Both the position numbers and the translations under genes were made by a program. The notes beneath the pieces are model-generated. The model saw only the letters and a program-made list of their open reading frames with translations, was not told the origin of the DNA and did no database searches. A stretch of 64,000 nt of DNA from Octopus sinensis. Its lineage: Eukaryota. How positions within the stretch are numbered: position 1 is the first letter of the stretch; every line of letters begins with the position of its first letter. The DNA lies in NCBI RefSeq assembly GCF_006345805.1, contig NC_043009.1, positions 68,262,001 to 68,326,000 on the forward strand, read 5' to 3'. This document shows positions 53,560-64,000 of the stretch, piece by piece.

Positions 53560-53990
53560 CAAAGGGGAGGCAAGGTGAAAGGACCGTGTTAAGTGTGATC
53601 AAACTGTTGACCATATTGTCTCTGGGTTCCTTTAACTAGGAAACTCCGATGATATCCACCCGTATAACAAGTCAGCATCCGCACACTGGGAGTTGTGTAG
53701 GACTTATAAAATCTAGACAATTGTGAAGTGGTATGCGCATCAAGCAAACCGATCCACAGGCAATTACGTTATCCTCATCCTCTGAGATAAGCTTATCTAT
53801 ACTGTCAGAGAAATGATGACAAAAGGACAGGAGCTGTAGATTTATTGATATTGCAATGCCTCTCAGAAGAAAGGCCACTATAAAAATCACAGAGGAGCTG
53901 ACCAGCACAAAGACGAAAAATAATATTAACCGGTTTTCGAAAATCAAAGAGTTAATAGATAAAATTACGCACTTTTGGTGCCACGGAATT
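53560..53990 (+). pseudogene. R4/Dong-like (restriction-like endonuclease) non-LTR retrotransposon C-terminal relic
   Basis: CDQTVDHIVSG (CCHC knuckle), HWELCRTYKI, KWYAHQ, IL*DKLIYTVR (ILWDxxIxTDR), FIDIAMP (LIDxAVP). Confidence 0.78.
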
Positions 53991-54004
53991 TCCCAGATAT
54001 TATA

Positions 54005-54237
54005 TATTTCTTTACTGCCCACAAGGGGCTAAACACAGAGGGAACAAACAAGGACAGACAAACGGATTAAGTCGATTATATCGACCCCAGTGCGTAACTG
54101 GTACTTATTTAATCGACCCCCAAAGGATGAAAGGCAAAGTCGGCCTCGGCGGAATTTGAACTCAGAACATAGCGGCAGGCTAAATACCGCTAAGCATTTC
54201 GCCCGGCGTGCTAACGATTCTGCCAGCTCGCCACCTT
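54005..54237 (-). mobile_element. SINE family C, full length
   Basis: High identity to 10012-10239. Confidence 0.93.
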
Positions 54238-57200
54238 ATTTCCAAGATATTATAATGACACACAAAAACAAAATTAGGTTTAGTGTATAAAGAACATATA
54301 AAACATAGATTGCTATTAAAGTTAATACTAAAACATTATACTGAATTTTAAAGTGAATAACTTTTGAGGCATTGGTATTTTCCGCACTAAAGATCCAAAC
54401 AGGCTTGGTAGTGCACTCGATAGCACTCAAAAGTACACTAAGTAAATACAGTCGTCGAGCGCCCTCACTCACCTTAATTTGAATTATTGCGTAGTTTATG
54501 GTAATTTTTTCCATGCAAATATGTGTATATGTATGTGTATGCGTGTATATACATGTATACGTGTGTCGGCATAAATTTGATTGTTATTTTTGTGTCGATT
54601 GTGTGTGTGGTAAACTTCTCTAAGACATGGTAATTGTTGGCGTTTATAGTACGGCACATTGTTGTAGGGATTCTCGTAGAATAATCTAGTGAGTGTGCAA
54701 AAGCGTACACTTCTCAGAGGAGGGCTAATAAGAGCGAAACATGATCAGCTTTGTTGCTCTTACTTAACAGATTCAGATAAAATTAATATTACGCGTCGTG
54801 TTGGTGTCATTGCCTCGTCGCAAAATTATACTTAATTAACTTGATTTATTTCCTAACTTCATTAAGTAGTATTTCATTATTATTAACGTAAGTATTAGTG
54901 ATTGTGGGGATATTTTGCTAATTAAATAGTAGAAGAGCTGAAATGTTCTAATCAATAAACGTATTATAGTTAAATGTAGCTCTTTATCGGATGCGAAAAT
55001 AGGAAGATACAAAATCGATTTTTTAATTACTTTACTTTTACTTATTTATTTTTTACACGTTGTTCTTTCTAGCATCTTTTATGTCTAATGCTGTTTGTTT
55101 TTCTCCTTTGTGCGATTTCTTTTCTTTTCCTGGGTTTTTTTTCCTAGTTTAATGGAATATAACGGGATTGGTGCAGATCTATTCGAGTTCAGCTGTACTT
55201 TTGTTGTCAACAAGGTTCTCAAACGAGTAATTAAACGTAGACAGTATTGAGTCGAATTTATTTGCTTTACAACACTTACAGATCTGTCCATAAGTATTCA
55301 GAGTTCAAATCTGCGTATTGCCGCAATAGGAATCGCTTTCGCTTATTCTTTCAAGTCTTAACGACGTAAAAGAAGAAATAGTTACCTCTCAGTAGTAATA
55401 ATCTATGGCTAACAAACCAACAAGTATCTCTTTTCTTTCTTCTGGTTTGACATAGCCAGGGGGCCATAGGATTTAATATACGATATGGCGAAATGGCAGC
55501 ATTGTTACCACGCCAGGAAAACGCCACACGATATTTTTTGCGGCTCTTTACGTTCCTGGTTCAAATTCTGCCCAGATCGACTTTCCCTTTCATCCTTTTG
55601 GTGGGGTTAAGTACCAGTTGAGCACCGGGATCTTCCAAAATTAGAAAGAATCTTCTAGAAACCGTAGCCACATCTCTCACGAATCCTGCCTTTAAGACGG
55701 CAAAGGACACATTGGACGACGTAATCCCAGATACACTACGTTTGAATAGAAGATGGGGTAAAGGATATTTGTCATAGGTGTGCTGGATCAAGACTAATCT
55801 CGGGTTATGCAAATGGGTTGATCTCAGCTATTACACATCATCGCTTTAGACATCGATTGAGCTTGCCTCCAGCTAAAAGGATGCAGTTTAATTACAGACT
55901 TAGCCTTGACGCTGACAATTAGAGAGAAGCTTCGTAGCTACAAGGAAGCCAAGAAGTCACTATTCAGCTTTGTTAGCTGTCGTTAAGTTTGTGAGGAAGT
56001 TATATAACTTAGGAGCGAATGGTGAACGTTTTTACGTGCAACGGATCTAGATTATATATTTTAAAATATAGGAAATCATTGAGAAGGAAGGGAAACATAT
56101 AATCGTATTTCCATGTAGGTTGAACTTCAGAGAGCAGAGTGTAATGTTTATATGCGTGAGAAGAGACCAGAGATGAATTAAGCAAAGGATATGGTTACGA
56201 AAATGGATGTGAAAGGAAAATACATCCAAGTATTGATAGTGAAGTATTGGTCGTGATTCTCAGCTAAATAGAATATCCAGAAGCAAAACGAGGTAAAATA
56301 CTTCATAGTCTTTGAATTCTTGATTGGAAAAAAGGGAATTTTATTAATGTGAAAGGAAAAGTCGAGAGCAACTAGAATCACACATTATATCCTGTTTCCC
56401 TTTTCCAGAAAGTTTGGCTCTATATTTACATCCAAAGCAGAAGGAAGAAAAGAAATGCGATCTTGCCAGTTCATGTAATTGAATATCCCTTTTTTTTTGC
56501 GAGCCAGTAAAACATCATTAAGTGCGCCATCCATTTTTCTGCTGCCAGCTCTACTAAATTACTAGTAACGCATTGGTTGCAATGTGATCGTCAATACTTT
56601 CACCTCTTAAAGTGTAACCAGTTTAGATACGTAGAAATGACACAAGAGCTGTGATTGGTCGGAATGTTAGAAGGAGAGCTTCAATTACTTTATGGTGTTT
56701 AGCGACATTCCTTTCTTATTTCAAATCCCGCCGTGGCTAACATTGCCTTCCTCCTGGCGGAATTGTTTAAAATAAGTATCGAGGGGATGTACTAATAAGA
56801 TGGATATAATCGACTTGTGCAGCTCCTCTTTTGATCTTTGGATTAGGATAGCAATCAATATCATGGCTATCAAAGAACTGAGCCGAGCAGAATCAGGGAT
56901 TTGCATAACTCAACTCCGATATCTCCGATTCTGACTCCAACTGTGGCCTTTCATCCTTCTTTTCACTAGCAACATCATTATTTTGGTTTGTTCAATTAAA
57001 TATGCTGTATTTTAATCAGAGCAGCATCAGGAAAGTAAATAATTAATGCTGCTGTGGTTAAGCCGAAAGCGAAGCATTTAATTAAACATTGTCACACTGC
57101 GGTTGTTTCAATTTCCTGAAAACGAATTCTTCAAAGCAACCAATTAGCATAGGTTATGGAAATTCCTTCTGTGGGGAAAGTCTTTGTTTTAGGGTCTCCA

Positions 57201-57385
57201 TTTTCATGAATGTTTCGCTGGGATGTCACAATCATAATTCCGGGGAAAATAACTGACAAAGAAACGGATTTTGCCATCGCCATTTCTCCCAAACTCATTC
57301 GAAAATGCATTTCAACCGTTGTCTCTTACTCTTTCTTCCCTTTGTCTCATTTATCACTAACAACAACAACAATAATGATAATTTA

Positions 57386-57530
57386 CACTTTGGCACAAGG
57401 CCAGTAATTTCGCGTGAGTGGGTGAGTCGATTATGTCTACCCCAGTGCTCAACTAGTTCTTATTTTATCTATCCTAAAGGCTGGAAAGTAAAATCGACCT
57501 CGGCCGAATTCAAACTCAAAACTTAAAGAC
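57386..57530 (-). mobile_element. SINE family C fragment
   Basis: tttggcacaaggccag...aaatcgacctcggccgaattcaaactca. Confidence 0.75.
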
Positions 57531-57879
57531 AGGCACAATGCTGCTCGTGTTCGTTCTTAATACATGATTGGGGGGGGGGGGGGTGAAAGTCAAAGCTGCC
57601 TTGAATGGAATTTGAATTCAAGAAATCTGAATGGAACAATTTACATTTTGAATTCGTAAAGGTAGGAACCTTGGCAACCTCTTAATAAGAGGCTCTATAG
57701 CACCCGGCTCCACCCAAGCATTTTCAACTACACTCACCGACGATCAATGCTTGCTCTTACATTAACAATACTACAACCATCACCGGCTCCATCACATTAA
57801 CCAGAACTTCTGCTGCACATCTCTCAGCCTTATATATTACACCATCTGCAAAATTTGCCGACGCCCTCCAATCGCTTTC

Positions 57880-57968
57880 ATGAGCATTTGAATTCAGAAC
57901 GTAACGGCAGACGAAATACCGCTAAGCATTTCGCCCGGCGTGCTAACGTTTCTGCCAGCTCGCCGCCT
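57880..57968 (-). mobile_element. SINE family C 5' head
   Basis: atttgaattcagaacgtaacggcagacgaaataccgctaagc...ctcgccgcctt. Confidence 0.85.
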
Positions 57969-58359
57969 TTTCTCCTACAACATCATATCAACACAGAAAG
58001 CTCACGGTGTAACACTTGCAGCCAGTCTCTTAAACACACAATGTATAAACTTCTGCTCTATTTTCTTCTCTTCTGGCAGCAGGAGGCCAGGGTTTACCTC
58101 TTTACCCGCACATTTCCATTGCTCACATATCCTTCCTTAGTTGTTTTGTTTTCCTGTACGTTTGCTCCATCCGCTCATTTCTTTTGCCAACTGGATCAAA
58201 TGTTTTCGCACACTATATATATATATACTTTATATCTACACATGCATCTGAATATAATGGTGTATGGTGCATGTATCTGTGTGCATGTATCTGTGTGCAT
58301 GTGTGTTTGTGTGTGTGTGTGTGTGTCTGTGTGTGTGTGTGTTTTTGTGTGTGTGTGTA

Positions 58360-58414
<55 letters not shown>

Positions 58415-58843
58415 TATATCACGATTGCAACGTTAAAAACAGAAGTTAGACACACACAAACAACACAAAACCGTTAACTTCACTTAAACATATATTTGTA
58501 TTTGGTGGAAAAATTTTTTTCCCTTGATACTGCGATTTTTATGAGGCACCGAATATTCGGACGTCAAATAATATACAAATAAATGCCAAAGAAAAGTTAC
58601 AGGCGTATGTGTGTTTCCGAATGCCATAGGCTCTCAGATCAAAACACATACTATGGAAGTACATCTCCGTAATATATATATATATTGAAAATAAACCATG
58701 TCTGGATGAATTGTCGATAAACTGCTTTATGATTTGTATGAATCCGTATCGGTTTCTTTCTCATCAATCACAGGAAATCCCATGACGATCAAACATATAC
58801 TATATTTGCTTATTGGACCATATTGCTTGAAAATATAAAACAT

Positions 58844-58874
<31 letters not shown>

Positions 58875-59102
58875 ATATACATATATATATTTATAATATA
58901 TATACCTATATATATTTATAACATACATATATATATATATATTTATAATATACATACATATATATTTATAATATACATAAATATATATTTATAATATACA
59001 TACATGTATATATATATATAATATACATACAAATATATATATATAATATACATGCATATATATACTATACATGCAAACATACATATATATTATATTTCAA
59101 AT

Positions 59103-59245
59103 AGTGTCCGTGTGGTAAGAAGCTTGCTTGTCAACCATATGGCTCCGGGTTCAGTCCTACGGCGTTGCAACTTCGGCAACTGTCTTCTACTATGGCTTCG
59201 GGCCGACCAAAGTGAGAGTGGATTTGATTGACGGGAACTGAAAGA
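59103..59245 (+). mobile_element. SINE family A 5' half
   Basis: gtgtggtaagaagcttgc...ggttcagtcc...ggaactgaaagaagcccgccg. Confidence 0.85.
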
Positions 59246-59249
59246 AGCC

Positions 59250-59286
59250 CGCCGTATATATATATATATAATATATATATATATAT

Positions 59287-59335
<49 letters not shown>

Positions 59336-59439
59336 GATATATATATATATATATATACATATATATATACATACACACTTACATACATGTATACATACCT
59401 ATACATACACACGCACACACACACACACACACACACACG

Positions 59440-59490
<51 letters not shown>

Positions 59491-59506
59491 ATATATATAT
59501 ATATAT

Positions 59507-59605
<99 letters not shown>

Positions 59606-59615
59606 CATATATATG

Positions 59616-59680
<65 letters not shown>
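59250..59680. repeat. (TA)n-dominated microsatellite
   Basis: Direct reading. Confidence 0.97.
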
Positions 59681-59681
<1 letters not shown>

Positions 59682-59714
59682 GTGGTGGTGGTGGTGGTGG
59701 TGGTAGTGGTGGCT

Positions 59715-59860
59715 GGAAATTCGCATCTTCATCGGTAATCCAGGCACGGGCAACTAAATATAACGAGCAGAGTAATTTATGGACATTTGCCTCAGGATGA
59801 AGCTTCACAGCTCCCAACACTGCGTATTCCATCGCGGATTCCCAGTCCTCAAGCAATTGG
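59715..59860 (-). pseudogene. Tc1/mariner transposase C-terminal relic
   Basis: WESAMEYAVLGAVK...LVARAW resembles DLNPMDYxVWG...LxxAW. Confidence 0.4.
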
Positions 59861-59969
59861 AGAAATTATACAAAAAGATCTTGTATTAACGAAATAATTA
59901 ATCGTGAAATGTAAAATTTAGGCAAATTAACGAAAACTGGATAATGGTTTGTAGCTCTCAACGATATTA

Positions 59970-60583
59970 TACAGGGTGTTCAAAATGTCTGTCCGCAGTA
60001 AGTATTTTATTGCAAAAAATAATATTTATAAGATGGTATAAGACTAAAAAAGAATATACTAGAATTTACTAGACTTTAAAAAACTGTGTGGTAAGTAGCT
60101 TGCTTACCAACCACATGGTTCTGGGTTCAGTCCCACTGCATGCCACCCTTGGGCAAGTGTCTTCTACTATAGCCTCGGGCTGACCAAAGCGTCGTATATA
60201 TGTATGTGTGTATATATGTTTGTGTGTCTGTGTTTGTCTTCCTCTCCCCCAACATCGCTGGTGTGTTTACATCCTCATAATTTAGCGGTTCGGTAAAAGA
60301 GACCGATAGAATAAGTACTAGGCTTACAGAGAATAAGTCCTGGGGTCGATTTGCTCGACTAAAGGTGGTGCTCCAGCATTGCCGCAGTCAAATGACTGAA
60401 ACAAGTAAAGAGGTGTTGAAAGTGTCGTCCATCATTGTCAATACATAAGTTGTCTCTTCTACACATGTTTTGAAATACATCTTGGATAGTCTGACGCTTG
60501 GAGAGTCTGACACTTGGAGAGTTTGACGCTTGGAGAGTCAGGATGAAAAAGTCACTGCGGAGAGACATTTTGAACACCGCGTA
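59970..60583. mobile_element. Non-autonomous Tc1/mariner element with ~30-bp TIRs and TA TSD
   Basis: TA-cagggtgttcaaaatgtctgtccgcagt ... actgcggagagacattttgaacaccgcg-TA. Confidence 0.85.
60084..60411 (+). mobile_element. SINE family A nested in the Tc1/mariner MITE
   Basis: Near full-length match to 63046-63485. Confidence 0.9.
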
Positions 60584-60968
60584 CAGACCTAAATGTCATG
60601 TGCTTATTTCGAAATATGCCAACGTTTCAGCCATTAGATTGCGGCCATACTGGGGCATCGCCTTGAAGAACGTTAGTCAAACGAATCGACTCCAATAAGT
60701 TTTGCCGCACAGCTGAGTTACTGAAACGTAAACCCACTAACACCGGTTGACAAGCTGTAGTGGAGGACAAACAGAGATACAAAGACTCACACACGCACTC
60801 ATACATATATTTATGTATATAAACATGTGTGTATATATACATATATATATATATATGTATAAATGTATATATGTATATATATATATATAATATATATATA
60901 TATATATTATATATATATATATATATGTATAAATGTATATATGTATATATATATATATTATATATATG

Positions 60969-61022
<54 letters not shown>

Positions 61023-61177
61023 TATATGTATATGCAAATTATATATGAATCTATATATATATATATTATATATATATATATATATATAATATATATATAT
61101 ATATAATATATATATATATATATGTACATATATGTATATGCAAATTATATATGAATCTATATATATATATATATATA

Positions 61178-61322
61178 CGACGGGCTTCTTTCAGTTTCCG
61201 TCTAGCAAATCCACACACATGGCTTTGGTCGGCCCAAGGCTATAGTAGAAGACACTTGCCCAAGTTGCCACGCAGTGGGACTGAACCTGGAACTCTGTGG
61301 TTGTGAAGGAAGTTTCTTAACT
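61178..61322 (-). mobile_element. SINE family A 5' half
   Basis: acgacgggcttctttcagtttccgtc...gacacttgcccaag...gtgggactgaacc. Confidence 0.88.
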
Positions 61323-61762
61323 TAGATTTTGACAAGACTGTTATTTTCATGTATCGTGTAGGGAGTAAAGAAGCAGTATAAAGTGGTGGTAGCTTAAAGT
61401 AAAATACACCATTCCAGCAAAAGCCAATTTGTGAACAAAGAATTACAACACATTTTAAAACGGAAATAGGAAGAAAAACAAAAGCCTAACAATTAAATAG
61501 ACACGAAGAAAAAATATCGACCTTTGAGACAAAGAATAAAAATGTTGATTTGAAACTGCTAAAATCAAAGAACAGAAAAAGAGAAACGCTCTGATGAGCG
61601 TAAATATTTATGACTTTTGAAATTCCATGAACGTTGCTTGCTTATGAAGTTCTTTTCAAAGTGAAGATATCTAGTTACGAATTGTGGCAGTGACATATTA
61701 CAAAAGAATGTATCCTCTCCCATGACAAATTTAACCGAGAAATGTGTTCTTCGATCATATAT

Positions 61763-61796
<34 letters not shown>

Positions 61797-62826
61797 GGAT
61801 GTATGGATGTATGTATGTATATATGTATGTATGTATGTACGGCAACTGAGAAAATGGAGATGGTACAAAACGACATACATCATCCGGTAGGCGTTCCAGT
61901 GTGTCTATTTATTCCGCAGTATTAGAAAGAATACATGCACATACAGTAAATATGTGTTACACACACATGTTTTTATAATATTAGAGAAAAGAGCAAAAGA
62001 TCAGATCCTTACGGCCGTTTCTGCCAAGAGTGAACGAAATCATCCATGCTATCTCCATCTCTTCGGTGTTCTGTAGGGATGGGCAGATATAGTTTGGATG
62101 ATGAGTGTGTATCTGTTTTTATTGAAAAGGGCAGAAAAAGAATAGTTACTGCATGTGTATGTTTTCTTCTAATACCTTCTAATACTTTCTAATGTCTACC
62201 GGAGGATGAATGTCATTTTTTATCAACTCCATTTTCTTATTTGGCGTGGGTAAACCACTCATTACCCCCACCCATATGTTGCACTCAACTGCGAGATTGC
62301 CACGCAATTACCCGCATTTAGGTATGAATAACTGGGTACACTACCAGCAGTATATTGGACAGGCACTATCCCTTAGTTGGTTGTTTTCCCAACCTCTAAC
62401 TCACACAGAAATATATACATAGTATAACGTACGCGTTTAACTTTTGAAGACTTCCATATCCTACAAAGCCATCGGCAAAGTATTCCAATTTAGCTATATT
62501 TAGGTGTCGTTATAATATTTTACCAATGACCAATCAAAACTTATCTAAGTTTTGTCAGTTCTTACATCGAATATTTCTAGTCAGGTTATTTCCTGCTTTA
62601 GATCTTGAAATTTTTCCGAATTTGGGAAATGTAAACTTGGAAGTTAAGATGTTACCAGTCAAATTATTAATAGATATATTACAATACTGTAATTCAAATA
62701 ACTCAGTGCTCAAGGAACGTATGGTATGTTTACAGAAAATGCGGAATCAAGTCCACGAGAAGCCTTCAACATTTTATATCATAAGGACTTTTTAAACTGA
62801 ATATTTATACGCTACTATTTACAGCT

Positions 62827-62984
<158 letters not shown>

Positions 62985-63045
62985 TATATATATATATAAT
63001 ATATATATATATAATATATCTATATATATATATATTATATATATA

Positions 63046-63210
63046 GGCGCATGAGTGGCTGTGTGGTAAGCAGCTTGCTTACCAACCACATGGTTCCGGG
63101 TTCATTCCCACTCCGTTGCACCTTAGGCAAGTGTCTTCTGCTATAGACTTGGGCCGACCAAGCCTTGTGAGTTGGTTCGGTAGACGGAAACTGAAAGAAA
63201 CCCCGTCGTA

Positions 63211-63264
<54 letters not shown>

Positions 63265-63485
63265 GTATGTATGTGTGTGCATTTGTTTGTGTGTCTGTGT
63301 TTGTTCCCCCAAGCATCGTTTGATAACCGATGGTAGTGTGTTTGCGTCCCCATAACTTAGCGGTTCGGCAAAAGACACCGATATGATAAGTACTAGGCTT
63401 ACAAAGAATAAGTCCTGGAGTCGATTTGTTCGACTACAGGCGGTGCTCAGCATGGCCGCAGTCAAATGACTGAAACAATTAAAGG
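63046..63485 (+). mobile_element. SINE family A, full length (tRNA head, CORE-like block, internal TA/TG microsatellite)
   Basis: ggcgcatgagtggctgtgtggtaag; ggttcattcc B box; gcaccttaggcaagtgtcttc; 3' end gcagtcaaatgactgaaacaa. Confidence 0.93.
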
Positions 63486-63729
63486 ACTAAATGAGTATGT
63501 ATATATATATATAATATATATAATATATAATATATATATATATTTCATATATATATATTATTATGTGAAATAGAAAGATGAATAATCTTGTAGTAGATTA
63601 ATCAAAAGTTTAACCGATACCTTAGTAGCAAAAATCACAGCAGTAAACAGCACGGTTGGAGGTACAACCATCTGGCGTTGCAACCGTGCGTTGGTGCGGA
63701 TAATTGAAATTAAAACATTATTGGTGAAT

Positions 63730-63745
63730 TGGTATATATATATAC

Positions 63746-63776
<31 letters not shown>

Positions 63777-63788
63777 CTATATATATAC

Positions 63789-63842
<54 letters not shown>

Positions 63843-63885
63843 GTATATATATATAATATATATAATATATATATATAGATATATG

Positions 63886-63955
<70 letters not shown>

Positions 63956-64000
63956 TATATATCAGTGTTGTGTGTGTGGGTGTAAATTTATGTATATATA
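63730..64000. repeat. (TA)n microsatellite
   Basis: Direct reading. Confidence 0.97.

Overview
This is AT-rich eukaryotic DNA, very dense in microsatellites, with no host protein-coding exon I can support. Almost every ORF in the track is a translation of simple repeats. From recall, the interspersed repeats (three tRNA-headed SINE families, (TA)n/(TAGA)n/(TATG)n carpets) look like an Octopus genome; this is an inference, not a search result. Recognisable content: (1) many SINE copies; (2) decayed mariner/Tc1 elements and a TTAA-flanked hairpin MITE; (3) relics of RTE-like and R4/Dong-like LINEs and two Penelope-like (GIY-YIG) elements; (4) an unexpectedly rich set of minimal type I hammerhead ribozyme (HHR) motifs. 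The top candidate is a ~540-bp tandem array at 4807-7043 (one inverted copy plus three direct copies). Its units carry a canonical CTGATGA...GAAA core with a palindromic stem III, so it resembles a retrozyme or Penelope pseudo-LTR array predicted to release ~540-nt monomers. Also notable are a foldback family with the hammerhead in the hairpin loop and several unrelated (TA)n-embedded mini-elements that share a non-canonical CCGAnGA core. Coordinates of decayed elements are approximate (tens of bp).
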